Assembly (NCBI GenBank): GCA_934101575.1 | Contig: CAKORJ010000001.1 | Location: forward strand, 474,519 to 538,518 | Source: an uncultured Bacilli bacterium | GTDB taxonomy: Bacteria; Bacillota_I; Bacilli_A; RF39; UBA660 | Length of the DNA: 64,000 nt | Direction of reading: 5' to 3' | Part shown: positions 1 to 9,616 of the stretch, in pieces | Numbering within the stretch: the stretch's first letter is position 1 | How the letters are laid out: each line of letters starts with the position of its first letter | Position numbers and translations under genes: made by a program | Notes under the pieces: generated by a model | Told to the model about the DNA's origin: nothing | Databases searched by the model: none | Seen by the model: only the letters and a program-made list of their open reading frames with translations

Positions 1-339
1 TGCTAGTTCTGAGTAACTTAATTTGTTACTTCCTATATTCATGTCTAATACAGAGTTTTGTTCTTCTATTTTGATTATTTTATATCCATCATTTTGAAGA
101 TATGATATTACTTCGGCTTTTGAATAAGCATCTAAGTACCCATAAAACTTCTTTCCTTTTTGGTTTTCTACTCTATATTTATATTTTGTTTTTTTACTTT
201 TTAATGTGTCTGCTTTTAAACCATCTTTTGTTGATGTTAATACTTTTTCTTCTTTCTTAGTTTGTGTATTGGTTTGTGTTTGATTGTTATTATAAGTTGG
301 TATGTCGTCCATACCTTGATTTTGACCTTGTCCGTTCAT
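1..339 (-). CDS. Type IV pilus / type II secretion platform protein (PilC/GspF/ComGB family), N-terminal 113 codons; gene runs out of the window
   Basis: Partial, so absent from the ORF track. My translation starts at the ATG at 339..337, with GGAGGTG 6 nt upstream: MNGQGQNQGMDDIP..KYKYRVENQKGKKFYGYLDAYSKAEVISYLQNDGYKIIKIEEQNSVLDMNIGSNKLSYSELA. The frame stays open to position 1. The Y-R-V-x-N-x-x-G-K-x-x-x-G-x-x-x-A-x-S-x-x-E-V-x-x-x-L block resembles the conserved N-terminus of GspF/PilC proteins (recollection, not searched). Confidence 0.5.
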   Translation of the reverse strand, partial: MNGQGQNQGMDDIPTYNNNQTQTNTQTKKEEKVLTSTKDGLKADTLKSKKTKYKYRVENQKGKKFYGYLDAYSKAEVISYLQNDGYKIIKIEEQNSVLDMNIGSNKLSYSELA

Positions 340-457
340 AGTACACCTCCACTATTTTCATATTAATTTTACCTTACTTCTTACAACTTGTAAAGAATAA
401 ACGATTTTAAATGTCAATTTTTTTGTTTTTTGCATAGATTATATTAGGAGGTTCACT

Positions 458-856
458 ATGAATAATAATTATACTTATTTTAATCCTAATCCTTCTTTTA
501 TGAGATCTGTTCCTGCTAGTAGTATTCCTGTTAGGAGTGCTCCTCTTCCTAGATTTAGTTCTCTTCTTGGTGGTTCTAAAGTAGCTAGTGCAGCGGGTGC
601 GGCTGGAGCTTCTAAGGTGACTTTTTCTGGTATTTTAAATGGTGCTAGTAAGACACTTGGTGTTATTAATCAAGCTATACCAGTATTTTATCAAGTAAAA
701 CCTATTTGGAATAATGCTAGAACTATGTTTAGAGTTGTAAAAGAAATTAATAATAAGGATACTAGTAGTAATTCTAGTGTTAATAATAGTACTAGTAGTA
801 ATGCTTCTGTAAAAGAAAACAAAGAACAAGGAAATAGTCCTACATTCTTTGCTTAA
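458..856 (+). CDS. Small Ser/Asn-rich protein, YqfQ/VrrA-like (spore-associated family), function unknown
   Basis: ORF track, 132 aa, with AGGAGG 6 nt upstream of the ATG. The core GILNGASKTLGVINQAIPVFYQVKPIWNNARTMFRVVKE resembles the conserved core of Bacillus YqfQ/VrrA proteins (recollection). Low-complexity S/N tail. Confidence 0.4.
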   Translation: MNNNYTYFNPNPSFMRSVPASSIPVRSAPLPRFSSLLGGSKVASAAGAAGASKVTFSGILNGASKTLGVINQAIPVFYQVKPIWNNARTMFRVVKEINNKDTSSNSSVNNSTSSNASVKENKEQGNSPTFFA

Positions 857-2843
857 GTTTTTCTATTATTTCTTTTGTTATTGTATCTTGATCATATGAT
901 AATCTGTGAAGTACTGAGTATTTGTTTCCACTTTTCATATAATTTGTTACGTTAAATACTAAATCATTTTGATCTAAGTATTTATAATAACTTGTGCATG
1001 ATGATAGTTCTATTACTACCTTAAGTGTGTCTTTTGGTAGTATTTTTTCTTTTTCTTCTGGTTTTAATTTTTCAAATTCTTCTAGAGATGGCATACTTAT
1101 TACTCTTGATGGTATCATATGTTTTTCTAGAGAACTATTTATATCTAGGGCTAGTGATACTTCTGAACCACTTGCTATTATTGATACTTTATCTTGCTCT
1201 CCTTGTTTTAAGATATATCCTCCTTCTAGGGTTTTATTTATATCTGTATGTTCACACATTGGTAATATATCTTTACTTAAGATAATTGCTGTTGGGCCTT
1301 TTTCAGTGAAGGCTTTTTTGTATGCTCCTATTATTTCGTTTCTATCACATGGTCTTATTACTGTTAAATTTGGTATTTGTCTTAACATTTCTATTTGTTC
1401 TATTGGTTGATGAGTTGGGCCATCTTCTCCTACTAAAACACTATCATGGGTAAATACATATATATTACTTAGGTTCATGAGTGCTGCCATTCTTATACTT
1501 GGTATCATATAATTTGAAAATGATAGGAATGTTGAGGTTATAGTTCTTATTCCCATTAGTTCTATTCCATTTGCTATAGCACTTGCTCCTATTTCTCTTA
1601 TACCACATTGCAAGTTTTTGCCTTTTGGATTTTTTGCTGAGAAGTTTTCTATATCTTTAAAAAATGCTTTTGTTGAACTTCTAGTATCTGCGGTAAGACA
1701 CATTATGTCTTTATCTTTTAATTTATTTATTACATGACTTGAAGCATCTCTTCCTGAATAATCTTTTTCTGGGTTAAATTTAAATATACTTTTTTTTAGA
1801 TCTATGTTTGTATTTAATGATTTAATTCTTTCAAAGTCTTTGACTAATTTTTTATCAAATTTGTTTATTAATCTTTCATGTGTTTTATTCCATTTATTTA
1901 TTACTGGTTTGTTTCTTTCATCTATAGATGTTTTCATATAATTACAGGCATCTGATAGTACTGTGAAGGATACATCTCTTATACCTAATTTCTTTTTTAT
2001 TTTTTTTATATCTTCTTTTGTTAATGGTTTTCCGTGTACTATGTTAGTATTTTGATATTTTGAGTCTTTTCCTAGAATTGTTTTTATTTCTATTATTGAT
2101 GGTTTATCTTGGGCATTTTTACTTTTTTCTATTAGGGTATCAAATGTTTCAAAATCATATGGGTCTTCTAGTAGATGAGTGTCCCAGCCCATTGATTTAA
2201 ATCTATCTAAGGTTTTGTCTTCAAATATTCCTTCTGTTTTTCCGTCTAGACTTATATTATTCGAATCATAAAGTACTATTAGTTTTCCTAGTCCTAGTGT
2301 TCCGGCTAGGGATGCTGCTTCTTGAGATATTCCTTCCATTAAATCTCCATCGCTTACTAAGGCATATGTGTAATGATTGATTAGACAACTTTTTAAGTTT
2401 TTGAATTTTTGGTTTAGATAGGCTTCTCCTATTGCCATACCTACTGCTGTTGCTAAGCCTTGTCCTAGTGGACCAGTTGAAGCGTCTACTCCTGGGGTTG
2501 TTCCCACTTCTGGATGTCCTGGAGTTTTTGATCCATATTTTCTAAATTCTTTTAGATCTTGTACTGTTAAATTAAATCCGCTCATAAATAGTGTTGCATA
2601 TAAAAGTGCTGAACCATGTCCACAAGACATTACAAATCTATCTCTATTTATCCATTCTGGGTTTTCATAATCAAATACTAGATGTTTATTATATAATCTA
2701 TACATAATTGGTGCTGCTCCTAAGACTATTCCTGGATGTCCTGATTTTGCTGTGTCTATCATGTCTATTCCTAGTGCTTTTATGTTGGTTATTACTTTTA
2801 GATCTAGTGTATTATCTTTTAGTTTTTTATTTACAAAAGTCAT
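840..2843 (-). CDS. tkt: Transketolase
   Basis: 667 aa. TPP-binding motifs are present: SGHPG, GSALLYA, SDGDLMEGISQEAASLAG, and THDSVLVGEDGPTHQPIEQ. Full-length, transketolase-like throughout. Confidence 0.95.
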   Translation of the reverse strand: MTFVNKKLKDNTLDLKVITNIKALGIDMIDTAKSGHPGIVLGAAPIMYRLYNKHLVFDYENPEWINRDRFVMSCGHGSALLYATLFMSGFNLTVQDLKEFRKYGSKTPGHPEVGTTPGVDASTGPLGQGLATAVGMAIGEAYLNQKFKNLKSCLINHYTYALVSDGDLMEGISQEAASLAGTLGLGKLIVLYDSNNISLDGKTEGIFEDKTLDRFKSMGWDTHLLEDPYDFETFDTLIEKSKNAQDKPSIIEIKTILGKDSKYQNTNIVHGKPLTKEDIKKIKKKLGIRDVSFTVLSDACNYMKTSIDERNKPVINKWNKTHERLINKFDKKLVKDFERIKSLNTNIDLKKSIFKFNPEKDYSGRDASSHVINKLKDKDIMCLTADTRSSTKAFFKDIENFSAKNPKGKNLQCGIREIGASAIANGIELMGIRTITSTFLSFSNYMIPSIRMAALMNLSNIYVFTHDSVLVGEDGPTHQPIEQIEMLRQIPNLTVIRPCDRNEIIGAYKKAFTEKGPTAIILSKDILPMCEHTDINKTLEGGYILKQGEQDKVSIIASGSEVSLALDINSSLEKHMIPSRVISMPSLEEFEKLKPEEKEKILPKDTLKVVIELSSCTSYYKYLDQNDLVFNVTNYMKSGNKYSVLHRLSYDQDTITKEIIEKLKQRM

Positions 2844-2923
2844 TTTACTTCCTCCTATCGTATAAAATAATTATAACAAACATGGTTATAAAACAAAAGA
2901 TAAGATGTAAACTATTTTACATC

Positions 2924-3676
2924 TTATAGGTTTATATCTTTATGTCTTAATATATCTCTTATTTCATCATTTTTTTCTTGTCTTACATTGTTTAAATAAC
3001 TATTTTGGAAGTCTTCATCGGAGAATTCATGTATTTGATCATCGTTTTTAAAGTCGTGCATTTCATTTCCTATACTATTTCTTTCTTTATCTTTGCTATC
3101 TAGTTTTCCTGCTATTTTTCTTACTGCTAAGTTCATAAGAAGGATTCCTATCCAGACAAAGAATATACACATACTTGCTTGTAATAGAATCATTAGTGTT
3201 TCGTTTGAATAGACTTCTTCGACTTCATAGAAACTTATATTTTCTCCTTTTGCTACGTCTAGTATTAGTACTGAAAAGAACCATATTATTATAAAACAAA
3301 AGACGTTACATATTTTTGTTACTTTTGAATAGTGCGGATTTATAAAGTTTATTGCCAGTAGTAATAATGATATTAACAGCATGGATAGATATACTACTAG
3401 ATTAGGAAAATACATTGCTGTGAAGAATTTTTCTACTACACTGTCGTTCATTGAAAAAGCATAAGTTCCATATCTTGCAAATACTAAGATCATTAGAAGT
3501 GCATAACAGATAATTGAGGCATATCTTGGTGCTTTACTTTTTACTTTTACATTTATAATTAATATTACTATTGTTAGAATTATGATTACAAGAAGGGTTA
3601 TGAAAAATGATGATGAGAATATTGTATCAAAAATTGTTTTTATTCTATCCCAAAGTGAGAACTCTGCCATTTTCAT
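2924..3676 (-). CDS. Hypothetical polytopic membrane protein
   Basis: 250 aa with about 6 hydrophobic segments and an acidic/charged C-terminal tail. GGAGGG SD upstream. No recognisable family. Confidence 0.55.
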   Translation of the reverse strand: MKMAEFSLWDRIKTIFDTIFSSSFFITLLVIIILTIVILIINVKVKSKAPRYASIICYALLMILVFARYGTYAFSMNDSVVEKFFTAMYFPNLVVYLSMLLISLLLLAINFINPHYSKVTKICNVFCFIIIWFFSVLILDVAKGENISFYEVEEVYSNETLMILLQASMCIFFVWIGILLMNLAVRKIAGKLDSKDKERNSIGNEMHDFKNDDQIHEFSDEDFQNSYLNNVRQEKNDEIRDILRHKDINL

Positions 3677-3701
3677 CCCTCCTTTTTATTCTTTTTTCTT
3701 T

Positions 3702-4352
3702 TTATAGACTTTTTTCTTCTGTTAATTCAAATATCAATACTAAATAATAAGTTCTATAGTCTGGTCTAGCACAGGTTATTAGAGTTAATTGTTTTTTTTG
3801 ACTGTGTCTGTATACGTCTACTCCATCGCCTTGTCTATCTTTATATTTTTTTACTAATTGATATGTGTATCTTTTTTCTTTATATGTTACATATGCTAGG
3901 TCTCCTAATGATAGGTTATCTAGTCTTGTAAAGTATCCATTCCATCCTGTTCCACTGTGTCCTGCTAGGATAAAGTTACTGTATTTATCATCTGGATATG
4001 TTGATCCTTCCATAATGGCTATATTTTGATCTACATTATTTCCAGAAGTTCCATATTTTACAAATCCCCTATTTAAATTTATTTTTGATATGTTTAATCT
4101 TCCTATATAGTTATAAGTTATTTTTTTCTTTTTTACTCTTCCTGATGTATCTCCAGTTGGTATTGTTTTATTACTTTCTGTAGGTGTTACTGCTTCGACA
4201 TACTCTGGTTCTTGTGATAATAAAATACTCATTTTTTCATAGACATTTGCTCTTTTTTCCATGAAATAATTGTGTCCTACTATAGCTATACCACAAATTA
4301 TTATGATAAGAGCAATTGTTACAAATTGTTTATTATTAAGTCCATCACTCAT
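3702..4352 (-). CDS. Sortase-family transpeptidase (membrane anchored)
   Basis: N-terminal TM segment. Catalytic His context ILAGHSG, catalytic Cys in the TLITC motif (QLTLITCARP), and a downstream Arg. Met5 is preferred as start (GAGGTG just upstream); the track ORF begins at 4364. Confidence 0.8.
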   Translation of the reverse strand: MSDGLNNKQFVTIALIIIICGIAIVGHNYFMEKRANVYEKMSILLSQEPEYVEAVTPTESNKTIPTGDTSGRVKKKKITYNYIGRLNISKINLNRGFVKYGTSGNNVDQNIAIMEGSTYPDDKYSNFILAGHSGTGWNGYFTRLDNLSLGDLAYVTYKEKRYTYQLVKKYKDRQGDGVDVYRHSQKKQLTLITCARPDYRTYYLVLIFELTEEKSL

Positions 4353-4428
4353 AATACACCTCATTATAGTAATATTATAACTATATTTTTTTAAAATCTC
4401 AATATTTTTGTAGAAAAAAAGATAGAAA

Positions 4429-5559
4429 CTATTTGCTGGTTTTGATAATTTTGTTTTTGTTTCTATCGTAAACTGTTGATGTTGTTATATATAAATTATT
4501 TTCTTTTGTTATTTTTTCTTCTTTTCCATCTATGTAAATAATGTGTACTTCTTTTATTGAGTTATCTTGTGTATCATATTTTATTTGTTTTACTTTTTTA
4601 TCTGCGCTTTTTAATGCTGTTGGTATTTCTTTTGACTTTATTACGTTACTATTTATTTCTATTTTATATAATTCATCCTCTTTATCTACTATATATATTG
4701 TATATAAGTAATCTGTTTTTTTATTTAGTTTTTTATATGTTAGACTGGTTATTTCTGTATCTTTTTTTAACTTTAGGACTGAGAACATTTCTTTTACTAC
4801 TATTTCTTTTTTTAGTTCATCTCTTATAGTTTTTTCTTTATTATATCCTAACATGATGTTATCATCAAATGTTTGGTAGACAATAGTTTTTTTACATATA
4901 TCATTTTCCTCTAATGCGCATATATAATTAAAATATGGTCTTTCTTCATTTAAGCTTTTATGTGTTTCATATTTATTCTTGCTATATGTTATATATTCTA
5001 AAGTTTTATTCTCTTTAGCTATTATAAAGTTTGTTTTAAAATTTTTTGTTTCATACACGTATACTTTTTCTTTATCATAGGTTGTTTTATATACATCTTG
5101 GACGTTTTGTCCTATTTCTTGGAATTTGTTATTATCTTTGCTATTTATATTTATTCTGGCATAGTATAAACTATTTTGTTTAGAGACTGCTGCGAGTTCA
5201 TATGTTTCATCATCTATTTTACTATAGTATACATTTAGTACTTCTTTTGGAAGATCTGTTACTGTTTTGTTTAATTCTTCTTTATTTTTTATTTTTATGT
5301 GAAGAGTATTTGTTTTATCTAAATACATATAGATAGTTTTATTCTCATCACTAGAGTTTTTTATATTATCTGCTTTTTTTATGTAGTCATTGTTAAATAA
5401 ATAATCTATGTTGTAGTAATTATCTACTTTTGTTTCGATTTCTTTGTTTTCTTTTTTTGATTTATAACTTTTATATGTACAGTATCCTATTGTTAAAAAT
5501 GATGTTAATATTAATAAGATACATGTTATTTCTAGGACTTTTTTCTTTTTTAAGTTCAT
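4429..5559 (-). CDS. Hypothetical N-terminally anchored extracytoplasmic protein
   Basis: 376 aa. One N-terminal TM (VLEITCILLILTSFLTIGYC), then a K/N/E/Y-rich soluble region. No family recognised. Confidence 0.5.
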   Translation of the reverse strand: MNLKKKKVLEITCILLILTSFLTIGYCTYKSYKSKKENKEIETKVDNYYNIDYLFNNDYIKKADNIKNSSDENKTIYMYLDKTNTLHIKIKNKEELNKTVTDLPKEVLNVYYSKIDDETYELAAVSKQNSLYYARININSKDNNKFQEIGQNVQDVYKTTYDKEKVYVYETKNFKTNFIIAKENKTLEYITYSKNKYETHKSLNEERPYFNYICALEENDICKKTIVYQTFDDNIMLGYNKEKTIRDELKKEIVVKEMFSVLKLKKDTEITSLTYKKLNKKTDYLYTIYIVDKEDELYKIEINSNVIKSKEIPTALKSADKKVKQIKYDTQDNSIKEVHIIYIDGKEEKITKENNLYITTSTVYDRNKNKIIKTSK

Positions 5560-5609
5560 TATATCACCAATTAAATAATACTATAGTAATTTCTTTTTTT
5601 CAAGATAAT

Positions 5610-5930
5610 TTAATCACTTACTACGGAGGATGCTCCACTAAAGATTAGTTTTATAGCATCATCTAAGGCATTTTCTAGTTTTAATGATACTTTATAAATA
5701 TTTGATGTTACTTTATTTTGATAGTTTTTATCTTCATATAGTACATATTTTTTTATATCAATGCTTTTTCCTTTACTGATGTCTTGTTCAAAGTTTTCTA
5801 TTTGCTCTTCTGTTAAAATTTTTGCTTTTTCATTTCTATTTTTATAGTATCCTTGAGACTCAGCTAATAAAAGGATTATAAAGAAACAAAACAGTGAAAG
5901 GAATATACAGAGGAATATTTTATTTTTCAT
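5610..5930 (-). CDS. Small membrane-anchored protein downstream of spoIIP (YqxA/DUF3679-like by position)
   Basis: 106 aa with an N-terminal TM. It overlaps the spoIIP stop by 11 nt, suggesting translational coupling. Bacillus has yqxA in the same position after spoIIP. The assignment rests on position and size only. Confidence 0.4.
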   Translation of the reverse strand: MKNKIFLCIFLSLFCFFIILLLAESQGYYKNRNEKAKILTEEQIENFEQDISKGKSIDIKKYVLYEDKNYQNKVTSNIYKVSLKLENALDDAIKLIFSGASSVVSD

Positions 5931-6732
5931 ATGAGACTCCTATATAATAGTTTATGGCTTCGGATAATGCTTTGGTTGTGTTATAAACTTCTTCTAGGGT
6001 GTTTTCTGGCCCGCCTATTTCAACAAGGAACATATTTTGGCTGTAGCCTTGGTTAAAGTTACTATGTTTTTGATAATAAGTACTACGTACTAAGTTTTTA
6101 TAGTGTTTATTTAGATAACTTTCCATTATTTTTAGATTATTTACATTTTTTTGATAGTTTTTATTTTTAGTTCCTACTAGAAACATCATAGTTGCATATT
6201 TTTTACCTTTTATGGTTGTAACTGATGGTGGGCCTGTCACTGAATCTCTATGTACATCGAAGAAATACTTTATTGTTTTATGTCTTTTTTTTGTATCTTT
6301 TAAATATTCAAAACTTACTGTATAGGTATTTGGATAATCTAGTCCTCTTTTATTTACTTCTTTTGTTATACTTCTTGTTTCTAAAATAGAGCTCACTCCT
6401 AAAGTTTTTAATTCTTCTTTTAATATGTTACTTGCTGTTTTTACAGTCGGTGCTATATTATAAGGAGTGCTTCCATATTCTTCTGTTTCATGAGTATTAT
6501 ATATATAAACAAGTGGTGATTTAGTTTTCTCTTGTTTTTTTTCTGTAGTTTTTTTTATGGGTTTTTCTATGGAGTTACTTAGTTTTTGATTTTTTACTGT
6601 ATTTATTACTACAGACTGCTTATTATCTTTTAAGACAAAATCTATGATGTTGATATCTTTAAAAATCTTGTTTATATAGATTAAGGATATTATTAATAAA
6701 AAAAGACAAAAGAGATTCTTTCCTTTACTCAT
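5920..6732 (-). CDS. spoIIP: Stage II sporulation protein P (engulfment peptidoglycan hydrolase)
   Basis: 270 aa with an N-terminal anchor. SpoIIP signature blocks VYIYNTHETEEY and YFFDVHRDS are present. It sits directly downstream of gpr, as in Bacillus (rpsT-gpr-spoIIP neighbourhood). Confidence 0.8.
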   Translation of the reverse strand: MSKGKNLFCLFLLIISLIYINKIFKDINIIDFVLKDNKQSVVINTVKNQKLSNSIEKPIKKTTEKKQEKTKSPLVYIYNTHETEEYGSTPYNIAPTVKTASNILKEELKTLGVSSILETRSITKEVNKRGLDYPNTYTVSFEYLKDTKKRHKTIKYFFDVHRDSVTGPPSVTTIKGKKYATMMFLVGTKNKNYQKNVNNLKIMESYLNKHYKNLVRSTYYQKHSNFNQGYSQNMFLVEIGGPENTLEEVYNTTKALSEAINYYIGVSYEK

Positions 6733-6771
6733 ATCTTCATCACCATAATTAGTATAAGCTTTGGAATGTTA

Positions 6772-7797
6772 CTATTTTGTCGATATATTATGTATACTTT
6801 TATTTATTGCTTTGCTTAATAGATCTGTTAGTTTTAAGACTATATAATCTATTTCTTTTGGGGTTACTATTAGATTATATCCTATTGGGGTTAATACGTT
6901 ATTTATTAAGAGTTTTTGTTCTTCTTTTGAAAGGTTTCCTAGTGCTCCTAGAAAGTATGTTGTCTCTTCTTTTGATAGGCTATAATTATTATTTTTTAAA
7001 TAGTTTATTTTGTTTTGTGGTACTAGTTTATTTACTAAGTTATCTTTATTTTTTATGTTATAACTAAAATGTTTTTTCATGAAGTTTAATGTATCATTTA
7101 CTATTGTTGTAGCATCTACGACTGTTGGTACTCCTATAGCTATTACTGGGATATTAAATATATCACTTGATATTTCTTTTCTGTTATTACCTATTCCACT
7201 TCCTGGATTTATTCCTGTGTTTGTTATTTGAATTGTTTTTAGGAGTCTATCTATGGAGTCACTTGCTAGAGCGTCTATTATTATTAGAAAATCTGGGGAT
7301 ACTTCTTTTACTACGGATGATATTATATCACTTGTTTCTATTCCTGTTGTACCCATTACTCCTGGTATTAGACATGTACTTATTCTATAACCTTCTTCTA
7401 AGGTTCCTGTTAAATCATATATGTGTTTTGTTACTGTTACTTTTTTTGCTGTTGTTACTCCTAGTTCATCCGCGGTACTTTTTTCGTTTCCTAGTCCTAT
7501 TATCATACATGAATCTTTTTCTTTTATACCACTTTCATTTATTATTTTAGTTAGTTCTTCGACCATTACTTTTAATACATCTTTATAATTTGTTTTATCT
7601 GTTATGTCTTCAAAATGTATTGTTGTATAAAGCCCTTCTTTTCTTTTTAGAAGATTGCTGTTTTCTTTATCTAGTTTTATGTTACTTACTGTTATGTTTT
7701 TATACTTATATTTTGTTTCTAGTTTTGAGTCTTTTTCTATTAAGTCTACGACTAAATCTGTTCTTATTTGATATTTTGATAAGTCTATTTCTCTCAT
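6772..7797 (-). CDS. gpr: Germination protease GPR (SASP-degrading endopeptidase, peptidase A25)
   Basis: 341 aa. Motifs YQIRTDLVVD, IIGLGNEKSTADELG, and ITNTGINPGSGIGNNR are typical of GPR. Divergent from rpsT, as in other spore formers. Confidence 0.9.
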   Translation of the reverse strand: MREIDLSKYQIRTDLVVDLIEKDSKLETKYKYKNITVSNIKLDKENSNLLKRKEGLYTTIHFEDITDKTNYKDVLKVMVEELTKIINESGIKEKDSCMIIGLGNEKSTADELGVTTAKKVTVTKHIYDLTGTLEEGYRISTCLIPGVMGTTGIETSDIISSVVKEVSPDFLIIIDALASDSIDRLLKTIQITNTGINPGSGIGNNRKEISSDIFNIPVIAIGVPTVVDATTIVNDTLNFMKKHFSYNIKNKDNLVNKLVPQNKINYLKNNNYSLSKEETTYFLGALGNLSKEEQKLLINNVLTPIGYNLIVTPKEIDYIVLKLTDLLSKAINKSIHNISTK

Positions 7798-7935
7798 TTT
7801 ATCACCATTTATAGTATGATATTTATAATAAATTTAATACTATTTTTAAAAAAACAGAGAAAATTAACGATTTTATTTGCTTTTTTCTTTGATATTTGTT
7901 AAAATTTAAAGTGTTAAAAAAAGTGAGGTGAAAAA

Positions 7936-8199
7936 ATGCCAAATATTAAGAGTGCTAAAAAAAGAGTAAAAACAGATGCTATTAAAAAAGAAAGAAATAA
8001 GGATAAAGTAGCTAGCATGAGAACTGCTATTAAAAAGGTTAAGTTAGCTTCTAAACAAGGTGATGCTAAACTTGCTGAAGAAAATTTAAAAGTTGCTAAT
8101 AAGAAAATTGATAAAGCTGTAAAAAGTGGTTTAGTTCATAAAAATAAAGCTGCTAGAGATAAATCAAAGCTTACTAAAGCTGTTAATAATATAAAGTAA
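7936..8199 (+). CDS. rpsT: 30S ribosomal protein S20
   Basis: 87 aa. MPNIKSAKKRVKT.. is the canonical S20 N-terminus. GAGGTG SD. Confidence 0.95.
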   Translation: MPNIKSAKKRVKTDAIKKERNKDKVASMRTAIKKVKLASKQGDAKLAEENLKVANKKIDKAVKSGLVHKNKAARDKSKLTKAVNNIK

Positions 8200-8224
8200 T
8201 AAGTTGATTACTTTATTTTTTTTT
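8194..8224 (+). terminator. Rho-independent terminator after rpsT
   Basis: Stem AAGTAAT / ATTACTT with a 6-nt loop, followed by a T-run of more than 10 T. Overlaps the rpsT stop codon. Confidence 0.5.
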
Positions 8225-8249
8225 GTTAGAATATAGTTGGTGATTAATT

Positions 8250-9173
8250 TTGAAAAAAGCAATAATTATTTTGACTATTACTTTGTTGATAGTCGGGGGT
8301 TTTTATTATATAGGGACTCATTATCAAGATGAGATTTATGTTTTTTATAGGGAGAATGTTTTAAAAGTTAAAGATGATATTAAGTTAGAAAAGAATGAAT
8401 ATTATAAAGATAAGGATTATTCTTATGTACAGAATACTAATGATTTTGTTGCTAAAGATAAGAAACATTTACTTAATATATTTTATACTGTTATTAATAG
8501 TGGTATGAATAAGTTTACTTTTTATTGTGATGAGAGTTATAAATCTTGTACTAATGATGTTATTGAACTTGTTAGTAATAAGGAAACTTTATCTAATGTT
8601 AATAATTTTGTTCATCCTTATAATTCTTTTGAAACTATTAATGCTTCTTATGATGATTATGGACAAATTGATTTAACTATTAATAAGGTTTATTCTGAGA
8701 AAGATATTAAGATTCTTAATAATGAAGTTGATAAGATTATAAAATCTAAGATTAAAAAGAAGATGTCTGTTGAGAAGAAGATAGAAGTTATTCATAATTA
8801 TATTATTAATAATGGAAAGTATGCTACTGATAAGATTAGAAAGAAATATCCTGATAAAAGTTATAATAAAGCTGGAGATATTTTAATAAATAAAGTTGGA
8901 CTTTGTAGTGCTTATTCTGATGCTATGGCTTTGTTCTTATATGAGTTTGGGGTTGATAACTATAAGATTGCTAGTGATAGTCATATTTGGAATTTAGTTA
9001 ATATTAATAATAAATGGTTACATCTTGATTTAACTTGGGATGATCCTGTTACACAGACTGGTGTACAAAAGTTAGAAACTATATTTATGCTTATTGATAA
9101 CGATGAGCTTAATAAGTTAAAAGTTTCTAAGCATAAATTTGATAAGACAATATATAAGGAGGCCTTAAATTGA
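8250..9173 (+). CDS. Transglutaminase-like cysteine protease-fold protein, membrane anchored
   Basis: 307 aa with a TTG start 6 nt after GGTGA and an N-terminal TM. Cys-His-Asp core: GLCSAYSDAMALFL, SHIWNLV, WLHLDLTWDD. Confidence 0.7.
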   Translation: MKKAIIILTITLLIVGGFYYIGTHYQDEIYVFYRENVLKVKDDIKLEKNEYYKDKDYSYVQNTNDFVAKDKKHLLNIFYTVINSGMNKFTFYCDESYKSCTNDVIELVSNKETLSNVNNFVHPYNSFETINASYDDYGQIDLTINKVYSEKDIKILNNEVDKIIKSKIKKKMSVEKKIEVIHNYIINNGKYATDKIRKKYPDKSYNKAGDILINKVGLCSAYSDAMALFLYEFGVDNYKIASDSHIWNLVNINNKWLHLDLTWDDPVTQTGVQKLETIFMLIDNDELNKLKVSKHKFDKTIYKEALN

Positions 9174-9180
9174 CCTCCTT
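9156..9180. terminator. Hairpin between the convergent transglutaminase-like gene and dtd (possible bidirectional terminator)
   Basis: AAGGAGG-N11-CCTCCTT perfect 7-bp stem spanning both stop codons. T-rich on the plus side. Confidence 0.35.
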
Positions 9181-9616
9181 ATTTTTCTAATATTATAGTT
9201 ATTGGACCATCATTTGTTAATGATACTAGCATATCTTCACCAAATATGCCCTCTTCTACTTTTAGTCCTGTTTCTTTTAATTTTTTATTGAACTTGTTAT
9301 AAAGTATTATTGCTTCTTCACCATTTAGTGCTTTTATATAGCTTGGTCTATTTCCTTTTTTTGAATCAGCATATAATGTGAACTGTGATACTGAGAGGAT
9401 TTCTCCTTTTATATCTTTTATAGAAATATTCATTATTCCATCTTGATCATCAAATATTCTAAGGTTTGTTATTTTTTTTACCATCCAGTCTATGTTTTCT
9501 TGGGTTTCATTTTGAGTAAATCCTACTAGAAGCAATAATCCTTTGTTTATTTCTCCTACTTTTTTATCTCTTACTGTTACATTTGCATTTTGTACTCTTT
9601 GAACTACTACTTTCAT
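9179..9616 (-). CDS. dtd: D-aminoacyl-tRNA deacylase
   Basis: 145 aa. Motifs MKVVVQRV, GLLLLVGF, SQFTLYADSKKGNRPSY, and a C-terminal NDGPITIIL. Start overlaps the relA stop by 1 nt. Confidence 0.9.
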   Translation of the reverse strand: MKVVVQRVQNANVTVRDKKVGEINKGLLLLVGFTQNETQENIDWMVKKITNLRIFDDQDGIMNISIKDIKGEILSVSQFTLYADSKKGNRPSYIKALNGEEAIILYNKFNKKLKETGLKVEEGIFGEDMLVSLTNDGPITIILEK

